Assembly: GCA_965218585.1 (NCBI GenBank)
Contig: CBDCLE010000019.1
Coordinates: 64,001 to 128,000 of the forward strand
Direction: 5' to 3'
DNA from: Terriglobia bacterium
Lineage (GTDB): Bacteria > Acidobacteriota > Terriglobia > 20CM-2-55-15
DNA length: 64,000 nucleotides
Part shown: one piece after another, positions 1 through 10,235 of the stretch
Layout of the letters: the number at the start of each line of letters is the position of its first letter
How positions within the stretch are numbered: the stretch's first letter is position 1
Program-made: the position numbers and the translations under genes
Notes under the pieces: generated by a model
What the model was told of the DNA's origin: nothing
Databases searched by the model: none
What the model saw: the letters and a program-made list of their open reading frames with translations, nothing else

Positions 1-98
1 ACGTCGAAGGAGTTCTGCGGAAGTTCACAATGAGTGACGCTGCTGGAGATATCCTTATCGATTGAGACGTCCGGAGACGGCGGGGGGGGGCAGATCCG

Positions 99-767
99 AT
101 GAAGTGGCCACGCATCGACTTCAGTCGACGTAATCTCTTAATTGGTTTTGTAGTGATGGTGGTCGGCGCGGGGATCGCCTATCTACTGATTCCGGAATTA
201 TTGGTTTGGTCAGGCACCTTGTTGATTGCCGAAGTCGAACCGTTTCCGGCCGATGCAATCGTGGTCCTGGGTGGCGGCGGACCCGACCGGGCCCGCGAAG
301 CGGCGGACCTTTTCAACGATCGTTTCGCACCCAGGGTTGTGGTGACAACCGAAGAACCGCCGGATAACTATCGCGAGCTGGCCGCGTTGGGCATTGAGCT
401 GGTCTTGCCCCATGAGAACTATCTTCGGGTTCTCAGAGGGTTCGGAGTCAGAGACCAGGATATCGTCCGGATCGAAGACACCAGCAGCGAATCGATGGAT
501 GAGTTGATCGGGGTGCGTGAGTTCGCCGCAGGACAGGGCTGGCGCCGACTTATCATCGTGACATCAAACTATCATTCGCGCCGCGCGCTTCTGATAAGCG
601 AATACGTTTTTGGCGACGACTGGCAGACTGCCGTAATCGGTTCCCGCTACAGCGAGTTCCGGCCCAATGGATGGTGGCAGGAGGTCCGTCACGTTCGTAC
701 GTTTCTGATCGAGTTCCAGAAGCTCCTCGCCTACGAACTCTACCTGCGGCCCAGACTCTTGTTCTGA
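99..767 (+). CDS. YdcF/DUF218 (ElyC/SanA-like) family membrane-anchored protein
   Basis: N-terminal TM helix; motifs ADAIVVLGGG, IIVTSNYHSRRA and C-terminal EFQKL typical of DUF218. Confidence 0.85.
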   Translation: MKWPRIDFSRRNLLIGFVVMVVGAGIAYLLIPELLVWSGTLLIAEVEPFPADAIVVLGGGGPDRAREAADLFNDRFAPRVVVTTEEPPDNYRELAALGIELVLPHENYLRVLRGFGVRDQDIVRIEDTSSESMDELIGVREFAAGQGWRRLIIVTSNYHSRRALLISEYVFGDDWQTAVIGSRYSEFRPNGWWQEVRHVRTFLIEFQKLLAYELYLRPRLLF

Positions 768-793
768 TTTTTCTTTACAAACACGGCCCCGCT

Positions 794-2158
794 GAGGTCG
801 TTCCAATCGGTGTGTAAAAAGAGAAGGCGGTGTACGCTTTCGGTGAATTCGAAACCGTAAGCAATCCCGGCAGCAATCGGGAGAAAGGTACACCACCCAT
901 GAAGAAGAAGAACATACCGGCATCAGTGGCGTCAACGAACGCGTATGAAGGTTTGGAGGACTGGGCGCGATCCCGGGTCCAAGTCTGGCTACAGGAGCTG
1001 CTCGAGGACGAAGTCACTCAATTTCTGGGTCGGGAAAAGTTGGAGCGGAGTCCGAATCGACGAGGATACCGGAACGGTCACGGGAAACCGCGACGCTTCG
1101 CAATGATGAACGGTACGATGGAGGTTCGACGACCTCGGGTTTGAAACACCGCCGAGCGGTTCGAGAGTCAGATCCTGCCGTATTTTCGACGGAAATCGAA
1201 ACAGCTGGGCGAGCTACTTCCCGATCTCTACCTCCACGGTCTGGCCACAGGGGACTTCGAGCAGGCCATGCGCGGACTGCTTGGCGCTGGCGCTCCGTTG
1301 TCGCGAGCATCGATCCAACGACTGAAATCGACCTGGCAGTTGGAGTATGACGAGTGGGTCCAGCAGGACCTGTCCGGCCTCGAGGTCGTGTACCAGTGGG
1401 CAGACGGCTTGTACGTGAAAGCGGGGATCGCGAAAGAGCGAGCGGCATTGCTGGTGATCATCGGAGCCTTGTCAGACGGGCGCAAAGTGGTGTTGGCCTG
1501 TGAGAGCGGGCAGCGGGAAAGCAAGGAGTCCTGGAGCCGCATTCTGCGCAATCTCCAGAGACGGGGCCTGAAGCTGGGACGGCTGACTGTCGCGGACGGT
1601 CACCTGGGCATCTGGTCCGCGCTGGCCGAGCAACAGCCCCAGGGCCAGGAACAACGCTGCTGGCACCACAAGTCGATCAACGTGGTCGATCATCTGCCGA
1701 AGACCGAGCAGCCCGCGGCCAGACAGCTGCTTCATGGGATGGCCTTCGCGAACTCCCGCGCGGTCTGCGAACGAAAGCGGGATCAGTTCGTCCGCCGATA
1801 TGAGAAGAACTATCCCAAAGCGGGTGAGACGCTGTTGCGGGACTGGGACCGGATGATTACTTTCTATGAGTTCCCGAAACAACACTGGGTGCATCTTAGA
1901 ACGACCAACATCGTCGAATCGCCCTTCGACATGGTTCGCCTCCGCACCAACGCCGCTCGCCGATTCAAGCGTGTCGAGAATGCAACGGCAATGATCTGGA
2001 AGCTACTACGTGTCGCTGAGAAGGCTTGGCGACACTTAAAAGGATCCGAACTCTTACAAGAGGTCTATGATGGTCAGCAATTCGCTGACAGCATCAGAGT
2101 CGTGATGAAATCGAAGGCCGCCGCCTGATGACTTTTACACACCTTTTGTAATGACCTC
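794..2158 (+). mobile_element. IS256-family insertion sequence (~1365 bp) with 8-bp target-site duplication
   Basis: Imperfect terminal IRs GAGGTCGTTCCAATCGGTGTGTAAAA (from 794) and reverse complement GAGGTCATTACAAAAGGTGTGTAAAA (ending 2158); GCCCCGCT duplicated at 786-793 and 2159-2166; encloses a Mutator-type transposase. Confidence 0.93.
899..2128 (+). pseudogene. IS256 transposase with an in-frame TGA at 1142-1144
   Basis: GYRNG, RRPRV*NTAERFES, WADGLY, VADGHLG, QRCWHHK and LRTTNIVES motifs; ORFs 830-1144 and 1268-2128 share a frame, consistent with CGA>TGA. Confidence 0.88.
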
Positions 2159-2173
2159 GCCCCGCTGTATAAT
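2146..2173 (+). promoter_or_regulatory. Putative sigma70 hybrid promoter: -35 TTGTAA inside the IS right end, -10 TATAAT in host DNA
   Basis: TTGTAA 2146-2151, 16-bp spacer, TATAAT 2168-2173, upstream of the galT-like start at 2230. Confidence 0.5.
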
Positions 2174-2229
2174 TCAGCTACTGGCAGATGAAAGACATGT
2201 GTGGGGAACGCTTTCTTGAAGGAGCGGCC

Positions 2230-3243
2230 ATGTCTGAACTGCGCTTCAATCGCATCACCGGGGACTGGGTGATTATTGCCACCGAGCGGTCCCACAAACC
2301 CGAAGAATTCATTACAGAGCAAGATACGTCGGACCCGCCTGTCCGGGTAGACAAATGTCCTTTCTGTCCTGGCAACGAAAGCAGCTCGGAAACGCTGTCC
2401 CGGACGGACAGAGGCGAATCCTGGGGGGTTCGGCTTGTCCGCAACAAATTTCCTGCGCTGTCGCCCTCGGAGATCAAGCGGAAGAGCGGGAGCAACATGC
2501 GGAGGTCCATGACAGGCTTCGGTCACCACGATGTCGTGATCGAACACCCCGAACACAATCGGTGGCTCTGAAGACAACCGGTGAGTGGTATATCCGAAGT
2601 CTTCGAGACGATTCGGAAGCGTTATGCCGAACTCGGACAGGATCCCCGAATCGAACTGGTCGTCCCCTTCAAGAACCACGGCCGATCGTCCGGGACCTCG
2701 ATATTACACCCGCACTCTCAGGTGGTTGGAACACCGATCATGCCCGCCGATGTCCGTCGACGCGTTTGGGATGCTGTCCGGTATTTCGACGAGAACTCAC
2801 AGTGCCTGTTCTGTTCCGTTATCGAAGACGAGTGTGAATTTGGAGAGCGTGTCGTCCATAAGACTCGTGGATTCGTGAGTTTCATTCCGTACGCAGCACT
2901 ATCACCTTTTCACATCATGTTGTTCTCGACCGAGCACTCTCCGGACTTCGGGCAGCTATCGGAAACGAATCTTTCGGATCTGGCCGAGCATCTGAAAGCC
3001 GTGCTGTCCAAGATCGAACTCGCCCTGCTGGGTCCGGATTTCAATTTCGTCGTCCGCTCCGTGTTCGCCGATCGCACCGATCCGCGAAGTTACCACTGGT
3101 ACCTCTCGATCATTCCACATGTTTCTCGTGTGGCGGGGTTTGAGATGGGTTCGGGGATGTTTATCAACCCCTCGATTCCGGAGGAGACCGCCAGGTTTTT
3201 GCGTGAAGTACCGATTGCCGCGACTGCTCAGGGGGTTGTATAG
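2230..3243 (+). pseudogene. galT: Galactose-1-phosphate uridylyltransferase-family (GalT/HIT) gene with an in-frame TGA at 2569-2571
   Basis: MSELRFNRITGDWVIIATER, CPFCPGNE, NKFPAL, HPHSQ active-site motif, GFEMGSG; the two ORFs are in the same frame; GAAGGAG RBS. Confidence 0.85.
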
Positions 3244-4217
3244 CCGCTGCGTGTCCGGACTGAGTAGTTGTTCCGATCGCGAATGCGAACCCGAATCTCG
3301 CGGAAGCCCGCCTCGGAAGGATTCGAAGGATAGTATCCGAGAGAGTACTGGTTTCGAAGCTCAGCGGACACTTCATCGAGTACTACGTCGATGTCGTCGC
3401 TGGTGCCCCCTGCCCACGTGCGGGTTACCTTGAAGGCCTGACCTCCACTGGCTTCGGCGAAATCGTTCAGGACGTCCATGTCCACAGGGCCTTCTCTGGG
3501 CGGTCTTCGAAGGATGTTTGCTGAACCGGGAAGGGATGTGCCGGGCCAATCGAAGCGAACGTGTTCTGCGGGGTTTCCAAACCGCATGGCGTCGATACCG
3601 AGTCCGTAAACAAGAACTTCAGTTTCTTCGACCGCGTCGAGTGCATCCCCCAGGCCGAATTCGCTTGCTGTATCCGACCCATCCGTAAGTACGAGAATCG
3701 CCCTTTTGTCGTGGCGTCCCTTTTCCACGGTGTCGAGGCTTGATACCAGCGCATCATAAAGAGACGTACCGCCCCATGGGCGGGCCTCAAGTAACGCTCT
3801 GGAAAGCTGTCTTCGATCGCTCGTCAGGTCCTGGATCAATGAAACACGATCGGAAAAGGTCATGAAAAATACGTCGTCATCCTCGTGCAGCGTTCCCACA
3901 AAGCGTTCGACTGCAGCCAAGGCTGTGTTGATCCGCTTCAACATACTGGCGCTCGTGTCCAGAACGATGCCGATGCTCAAAGGGACGTCACGATCCTGGG
4001 TAAAGTGGACGATCTGTTGAGAAACACCCTCGTCTTCGACGATGAAATCTTCCGGGCCGAGTCCCGTCACATAACGGCCTTCCTCATCGGTGACTGTCGC
4101 CACTACGTTGACCAGTTCCACATCTACTCGAAAAGTGGCTTGTCCACTAGCTGTTGTCGTTGTGAGGATCGATAATGCCGTGAGAATCGATCCTACGACC
4201 TTGAGTTGGGTGTTCAT
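3228..4217 (-). CDS. Secreted VWA-domain protein (Acidobacterial VWFA type)
   Basis: Signal peptide, FRVDVELVNVVATVTD, MIDAS motif DTSASM, GGTSLYDAL, LTDG, QYSLGYYP. Confidence 0.9.
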   Translation of the reverse strand: MNTQLKVVGSILTALSILTTTTASGQATFRVDVELVNVVATVTDEEGRYVTGLGPEDFIVEDEGVSQQIVHFTQDRDVPLSIGIVLDTSASMLKRINTALAAVERFVGTLHEDDDVFFMTFSDRVSLIQDLTSDRRQLSRALLEARPWGGTSLYDALVSSLDTVEKGRHDKRAILVLTDGSDTASEFGLGDALDAVEETEVLVYGLGIDAMRFGNPAEHVRFDWPGTSLPGSANILRRPPREGPVDMDVLNDFAEASGGQAFKVTRTWAGGTSDDIDVVLDEVSAELRNQYSLGYYPSNPSEAGFREIRVRIRDRNNYSVRTRSGYTTP

Positions 4218-4965
4218 CAGTGCGTCATCGCGTAAACGACGAAATTGATACCCATTCGGAAGGCTTCGGTTGAAGGCCGGAGAGGGTAGCGCGCCTGGTC
4301 AATCCAATCCCAGAAATTCGCGAGGTCGTTGTTATAGCAGGCGATGACGGCAACGTCGCCTTCATCGTTCAGCAATCCGTAGTAGAAGGAGTCTCCACCG
4401 GGAACGTACGGGGCCATGACGTTCAGGTCTTCGAGATCGAAGAACGCGTGGAATATCGGATGGCTTATCGTCAGCGAGACGAACTCCTTGTCTGGAAAGG
4501 CTCGTCGGAATTGCTGACGCATCGTCGCGAACTGGTCGGGCCCGTCAAAATCGTCGATGAGTACGAACCTCCCCGGTTGACGTACTGTCGAAGGTTTTCA
4601 ACTTCCAGGTCGGTGAGTGCCATCTCTCCCGGTTCTGAAACATACGTGAAAGGGTGATCGAAAACCCCATCGGTACCCAGATCTACGATCTGGTAGGACG
4701 TTGAACTTACATTCACGCCCGTGGTTTCTGAAATCAACTGGGCAATGTGTTGCTCCGAGTACGGATAGTTATGGGACCAGCCCATGTTTCCAAAGCGGCC
4801 GTTGCCTTGGAATCTCCATCGGGCGATGACCAGTTCGGTTGCCGGCGGGTTGTTCTGATCGATAAAGGTTCTCCCGAAGCGGCCGAACCTCTGTCCGTAA
4901 ACGAGAAGCGAGCCAATCAGGACTAACACGCCGACGAGCAGCGTTATTAGTTTCGGATGTCGCAT
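4217..4965 (-). pseudogene. DUF4159-family protein, frameshifted near 4570
   Basis: WSHNYP, PFTYVSEPG, LRQYVNRGG, then after a shift FVLIDDFDG...HPIFHAFFD...GINFVVYAMTH; could be a 1-bp sequencing error. Confidence 0.8.
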
Positions 4966-5043
4966 GGGTGCGTCAGGTAAAGCTTAGCCCGATTGGGATT
5001 GGAGGGGGAAAGATTCGAGGTAATCTTTCCAGCGAACTCGAAA

Positions 5044-6177
5044 TCAGGTCAGCCGGCGTTCCAGAAGCGGATTGATACGCGACAGAACTTCGTAAGCGAT
5101 CGTGCCGGTCTTTTCTGCTAGTTCCTCTGCGGTGATTTCACTCGTTCCCTGACGTCCTATGAGGACGACCTCGTCGTCCAGGTTGGTATCCACGTCTGTC
5201 ACGTCCAGTACGGTCATGTTCATGGCCACTCGCCCAACAACTGGAACCGACCCTCCACCGACGAGCGCACGTCCGGAATTCGAGAGCGCGCGATCATAGC
5301 CTTCGTAGTAACCGACGGGAACAACGGCGAGCGTCGTTGGGCGTGTGGCTTGGAAAGATAATCCGTATCCCACGTACTCTCCCGTTTCGATCTTTTTCAG
5401 CTGGGCGATTCGTGTCTTCCAGGTCAGGACGGGTTCGAGGTTGATCCCCCGCCCGCGCTCTCTTGCCGCGACCTGAGTTTCACGTGAAGGCCACACTCCG
5501 TAAGCGCCTATACCCAGGCGGACCAGCGTGAAATGGGTTTCCGGGTAAAGAAGGCCACCTGCCGTTGCGTTGGTGTGGATCTGGGGTGGTGAAGCCCCGC
5601 TATCCCTCAGTTGGGCAATTGCATTCTGGAAACGCTCCAGCTGCAAATTTGCAAACGAGGGATCGAGGGTGTCCTCAATGTTGGCGAAGTGTGTATATAC
5701 GCCTTCGATCTCGATTTGGGAAAGATTCTTCACAAACCGGCCAAAAGTTCCGACTTCATCCAAAGGAATCCCTTGCCTGTTCGTGCCGGTTTCTATCTTC
5801 AGGTGGACTCTTGCAGTCTTTTTCGCCCTCTGGGCGGCTTCCGACAGGGCTTCGGCGACGTCCTGACGGTAGACGACCTGCCGGAAGTCGTTCGCCACTA
5901 TCTGGTCTGCGTCCTCGACCTTGGAATAGCCCAGGATCAGCACGGGTTTTCCGGGGGCCACCTCGCGGACTTCGATGGCCTCGGTGAGTGAGTCGACACC
6001 GAACCAGTCGACGTCGTTCTTGATGGCGTCGGAGACAACACGGAGTCCGTGTCCGTATGCGTTGGATTTGACCACGACCATGAGATTCGTGCCTGAGGAA
6101 AGGACACTTCGAAATGATTCCAGGTTGTTCCGGAGCCGACTGCCGCTGATCTCGATCCAGGATTCGTTCAAACTCAA
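5044..6177 (-). CDS. alr: Alanine racemase
   Basis: VVKSNAYGHG (PLP lysine), HLKIETG, THFA, VRLG, VGYG, GRVAMN, TIAYEV. Confidence 0.95.
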   Translation of the reverse strand: MSLNESWIEISGSRLRNNLESFRSVLSSGTNLMVVVKSNAYGHGLRVVSDAIKNDVDWFGVDSLTEAIEVREVAPGKPVLILGYSKVEDADQIVANDFRQVVYRQDVAEALSEAAQRAKKTARVHLKIETGTNRQGIPLDEVGTFGRFVKNLSQIEIEGVYTHFANIEDTLDPSFANLQLERFQNAIAQLRDSGASPPQIHTNATAGGLLYPETHFTLVRLGIGAYGVWPSRETQVAARERGRGINLEPVLTWKTRIAQLKKIETGEYVGYGLSFQATRPTTLAVVPVGYYEGYDRALSNSGRALVGGGSVPVVGRVAMNMTVLDVTDVDTNLDDEVVLIGRQGTSEITAEELAEKTGTIAYEVLSRINPLLERRLT

Positions 6178-6259
6178 ACGACACTCAACCTTCGGTAGGA
6201 AATTCCCAGCCCCATGCTCACCAGATGCGGATCAATTATACGGTATGCTTAGGGGCCCA

Positions 6260-7009
6260 ATGTCTCAGGGTCACAATCCACCTGCCAGTATCGAATTTCA
6301 AGATGTGAACTACAGGCTGGAGTCCGGGAAGTCCATCGTTGAAGGCCTCAACCTTCGGATTGCGCCGGGTACCTCAGTGGTTCTTCTCGGTCGTAGTGGG
6401 TCGGGTAAGACGACGACGTTGAAGCTGGTGAACCGATTGCTCGAGCCCTCGAATGGCCGGATCGCCGTGGATGGCACTTCAACTCTTGAATGGGATCCGA
6501 TCCGTTTACGCCGGCATATCGGGTACGTGATCCAGGAAGTCGGCCTCTTTCCCCATTTTACTGTTTCTGAGAATGTAGCTCTCGTGCCGTCGCTCGAAGG
6601 CTGGAGTCTGGAGAGGACCGGCCAGCGCGTCCGGGAAATGCTGGGATTGGTGGGTCTCGACCCGCACGATTTCGGCAGCCGCTATCCTGACGAGTTATCG
6701 GGAGGACAACGCCAGAGGGTCGGCGTGGCGCGAGCCCTCGCGGTCGATCCCACGGTGCTGCTTCTGGATGAACCATTCGGGGCGCTCGATCCGATCACCC
6801 GGGCCGAGATCCGGCAGGAGTTTCGAAGCTTACAGGGCCGTTTGAAAAAGACCATGGTGTTCGTGACTCATGATGTGAGCGAAGCCTTCGTTCTGGCCGA
6901 CCTCATTGGGCTCATGAAAGAGGGGAGGCTTCTTGCTCTCGTGCCGCCTGAAGACTTCAGAGAGCTTGACGAGCCTGAAGCGCGACAGTTTATGAGGTCG
7001 CGGACATGA
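6260..7009 (+). CDS. Osmoprotectant (glycine betaine/choline) ABC transporter ATP-binding subunit
   Basis: GRSGSGKTT, IGYVIQEVGLFPH, LSGGQRQRVGVARALA, LLDEPFGALDP; start chosen at ATG 6260. Confidence 0.9.
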   Translation: MSQGHNPPASIEFQDVNYRLESGKSIVEGLNLRIAPGTSVVLLGRSGSGKTTTLKLVNRLLEPSNGRIAVDGTSTLEWDPIRLRRHIGYVIQEVGLFPHFTVSENVALVPSLEGWSLERTGQRVREMLGLVGLDPHDFGSRYPDELSGGQRQRVGVARALAVDPTVLLLDEPFGALDPITRAEIRQEFRSLQGRLKKTMVFVTHDVSEAFVLADLIGLMKEGRLLALVPPEDFRELDEPEARQFMRSRT

Positions 7010-7656
7010 ACATCTTCGAATACATGCTCAGGAATTGGGCCGAGGTCGCCGAACTGACACTGGAACACCTCGTTCTTGTCGGAATATCGACCTCGCTGGC
7101 GATTCTGATCGGTTTTCCACTCGGCGTGATAATGACGCGCCGTGAAAGTTTGAGCCGGCCGATCCTGACGTTTGCCAACATAATGCAGACCATTCCCAGT
7201 CTGGCGCTCTTCGGTTTTCTCATACCGATTCCTTTTATCGGTGGTATCGGTGCGAGGACTGCTATTGTTGCGTTGTTGCTGTACTCGTTGCTGCCCATCA
7301 TTCGCAACACCTACACCGGCATTACGCATGTGGACCCAGCCGTTCGCGAAGCGGCGCTGGGAATGGGAATGACCGACCGGCAGCTCTTGATGCGAGTCGA
7401 GATCCCGCTGGCTATGGGCGTGATCTTTGCGGGGATCCGGGTCGCCACCGTTATCGCGGTCGGTTTGGCGACGATCGCCGCTGCAATCGGAGCCGGCGGT
7501 TTGGGCACCTACATATTCAGAGGGGTCTCGATGGTCGATTCACAACTGATTCTGGCAGGCGCCGTACCCGCGGCGGTGATGGCCCTGCTCGCAGATTTCG
7601 GTTTGGGCCGCGTCGAGCGCCACTGGAGCCGGCACCGCAGGAGGAGTGAGGGTTGA
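7006..7656 (+). CDS. Osmoprotectant ABC transporter permease
   Basis: QTIPSLALFG, EAALGMGM loop, IGAGGLG; ATGA overlap with the ATPase gene. Confidence 0.9.
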   Translation: MNIFEYMLRNWAEVAELTLEHLVLVGISTSLAILIGFPLGVIMTRRESLSRPILTFANIMQTIPSLALFGFLIPIPFIGGIGARTAIVALLLYSLLPIIRNTYTGITHVDPAVREAALGMGMTDRQLLMRVEIPLAMGVIFAGIRVATVIAVGLATIAAAIGAGGLGTYIFRGVSMVDSQLILAGAVPAAVMALLADFGLGRVERHWSRHRRRSEG

Positions 7657-8558
7657 GTCGGCAAATCTTAGGGCTTTCGCCCATTCCGCTATCGCGGATT
7701 CTTTGGATCGTCCTCGGACTGAAACTGATCGCAGGGTGTTCTGGCTCGAACCAGATCGTGATCGGGTCCAAGAACTTCACCGAACAGATCATCCTGGGTG
7801 AAATGATTGCCCAGCACCTGGAGAATCAAACCGAACTCTCAGTTGAAAGAAGGTTTAACCTGGGAGGTTCGTTTGTCTGCCATCAGGGCTTGATCGCAGG
7901 ACAGCTGGACATTTATGTCGAATACACTGGGACCGCACTGGCTGCGATCCTAGAAGAGCCACTCCTGACCGATCCAGAGGCTGTGCTGACGCGAGTTCGA
8001 CAGGTTTACCGCGAGAATTTTGACGTCGAGTGGATGGAACCGCTCGGGTTTAACAACACCTTTGCGATCCTTGTCCGCGGAGAAGACGCCCGGCGGCTCG
8101 ACCTCTCGAGCATTTCCGACGTCGCTCCCTACACTTCCGAGTGGACAGCGGGCTTCGGTTTCGAATTCGCTCAGCGCGAGGATGGCTATCCCGGATTGGC
8201 CCAGATCTACGGCTTGCAGTTTCCGGAAACACCACGTGTGATGGAATTGGGCCTAACATACCAGGCTCTGGCTGACGGGCAGGTCGATTTGATCGCAGGA
8301 AACTCAACCGACGGGCTGATCGACGTACTCGACCTGGCCATGCTTGCCGACGACCTGCAATATTTTCCGCCATACGACGCGGTGCCTATCGTTCGACAGG
8401 AAACCCTGGAACAGCATCCTGAAGTCGAGGAGGCTCTCCGGTTTCTCGGTGACCTCATTTCCGAGGCTGAAATGCGACAGCTCAACTACCGTGTCGATGG
8501 CGAACGCGAAGACGTTGCCGTGGTTGTCAGCGAGTTTCTTGCCTCGAAGAGACCTTGA
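7653..8558 (+). CDS. Osmoprotectant ABC transporter substrate-binding lipoprotein (OpuCC/OsmX-like)
   Basis: Lipobox IAGC, IGSKNFTEQ, YVEYTGT, GFNNT, REDGY, FPPY. Confidence 0.9.
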   Translation: MSRQILGLSPIPLSRILWIVLGLKLIAGCSGSNQIVIGSKNFTEQIILGEMIAQHLENQTELSVERRFNLGGSFVCHQGLIAGQLDIYVEYTGTALAAILEEPLLTDPEAVLTRVRQVYRENFDVEWMEPLGFNNTFAILVRGEDARRLDLSSISDVAPYTSEWTAGFGFEFAQREDGYPGLAQIYGLQFPETPRVMELGLTYQALADGQVDLIAGNSTDGLIDVLDLAMLADDLQYFPPYDAVPIVRQETLEQHPEVEEALRFLGDLISEAEMRQLNYRVDGEREDVAVVVSEFLASKRP

Positions 8559-8601
8559 TTCAGTATCGGCTGACGGCTGGAAAATTCAGGGTGACCTTTT
8601 A

Positions 8602-9867
8602 CTAAAACGCATTCACGACGTCCTGAACGGCGATCACAGCGAAGAAGACGAGGACCGTTATGAGCAGCACGTTCGTAATCCGACTGTTCTTCTTGATCGG
8701 CGAATCCCATGCGACCTTGTTGTTCAGGTAGAGCAGCGTCGCTGCCAGAAACGGGAAGAAGAAGCTGCCGACGACCGTGTAGGTGATCAGGAGTAAGAGA
8801 GGCCGGTTGAGAAAAGCGAAAGGAATCGGTATCAGGACTATGGCAAGGAGTGCGATCCGATAGGGTGTGCTGTTTGCTTCTTTGAGCCGATCCCGCACGT
8901 CCTGAGGATACTTACGAACGATTCCGTAAATATCGGCGAACATGTAGGGAACGCCCTGCCAGACTCCCAGTAGAGAAGACGCGACAGCCCCCCAGAAACC
9001 GATCGAATAGGCCAGGGATCCGAACGGCCCGAGAGTTGTTCCGAGCATAGCGGCCATTTGCGGGACTGCGGTAGCGCTGTCGAGTTCAACGCCGCTCGTA
9101 AAGAAAGCGCGGTTGGCCATCATGAGAACCGCTATAGCAAGCGCCGCGGTCATCGTGTATGCGATCAGAAGGTCGATTCGTACGTATCGCAACGAACCGG
9201 CGCCCGTTATCTTCTCTTCCCGCATCCAGTAGTTGTAGTTGATCACTGTAATCGTCCCGCCGACGCCGCCGATCAGTGCCAGCAGTGACGTTGTGCTGCC
9301 CGGAGGAACGGTGGGAACCACAAGGCCCCTGACGGCCCCTCCAAGATCCTGGAAGGTCAGTACCGCGCAAGCGACAATTCCGACGACCATGATGCCTATC
9401 AACGCCCGCATCAGTTTTTCAAACCCCTGGAAACCCCCTATCCACACCAACGCTCCTCCGAGAAGGCTATGGATTACGGCTCCCCACGACGTGGGAATTG
9501 CACCTCCCGTCAGATTAGAAATTCCCAATCCGCATGCATTGGCCATAGCAGCACTCACCGCGACTGTCCAGAGGAGCAGATAGGCGCCGAAATAGACCTG
9601 AACCCAACCGGGAAGATATTCAGCCCAACCTTCCAGAATCGTTTTGTCCGTTGCGAGTTGCCAGCGTGCGAGTCCTTCGTTGAGAACGAACTTGAAAAAC
9701 GCGCCCAGGACGACTGCCCAGATCAGTACGAGGCCGTATCTGGCCCCACCCACCGTCGCCGCCGTCAGATCTCCTGCGCCGATGCCCGTAGCGGCCACCA
9801 TCATGCCCGGACCGACCAGGGTCGCTAATCCGAACTTACGTCCCACACCTGTTGTCGTTGTTGACAT
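8602..9867 (-). CDS. Nramp-like family divalent metal/solute transporter
   Basis: About 11 TM segments; GPGMMVAATGIGAGDL and GGVGGTIT motifs. Confidence 0.75.
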   Translation of the reverse strand: MSTTTTGVGRKFGLATLVGPGMMVAATGIGAGDLTAATVGGARYGLVLIWAVVLGAFFKFVLNEGLARWQLATDKTILEGWAEYLPGWVQVYFGAYLLLWTVAVSAAMANACGLGISNLTGGAIPTSWGAVIHSLLGGALVWIGGFQGFEKLMRALIGIMVVGIVACAVLTFQDLGGAVRGLVVPTVPPGSTTSLLALIGGVGGTITVINYNYWMREEKITGAGSLRYVRIDLLIAYTMTAALAIAVLMMANRAFFTSGVELDSATAVPQMAAMLGTTLGPFGSLAYSIGFWGAVASSLLGVWQGVPYMFADIYGIVRKYPQDVRDRLKEANSTPYRIALLAIVLIPIPFAFLNRPLLLLITYTVVGSFFFPFLAATLLYLNNKVAWDSPIKKNSRITNVLLITVLVFFAVIAVQDVVNAF

Positions 9868-10235
9868 TCGATTGGATCAGAAACGGCCACTCCCGAAGAC
9901 GGGCCCGTGCTGAAAGCTTCTCATGTTCTGACTACTCCGACTCCCCGACCGCCGTCTTGGTCTTCGCCTCTGCCTCTATTTGCGCCAGGCGAGTGACGCT
10001 AGAGAACGGTTCCGCTTGCCCACAGATTGGCAGGATGAGACTGGTTGGATCGGACGGGATCCGTCTCGCCCAGCCCGGAGCGTTCATCCTTCCAATAGGT
10101 GTCCCCATAGGGATTGAATCGGAGATAATCGACGACCCGGATCAGTAAACTCGGGCCGGGGAACACAACGCGCGTATGCTAGCATGAGTGGCTTTTCCTG
10201 GACTGCGGAATCCTGGTAAGTTGTTGGATTAGACA

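Noticed and set aside
82-90. G9 tract just upstream of the DUF218 start as a phase-variation switch
   Set aside because: Intergenic, its length is unreliable without reads, and no promoter context supports it
1142-2571. In-frame TGA codons as selenocysteine or genetic-code reassignment
   Set aside because: Many intact genes here end in TGA, the positions do not correspond to catalytic Cys, and a TAG nonsense also occurs at 27400; simple nonsense mutation or error is more parsimonious
9868-10235. Riboswitch or ncRNA upstream of the Nramp-like transporter
   Set aside because: No convincing yybP-ykoY or other aptamer motif seen; an Infernal/Rfam scan would be needed
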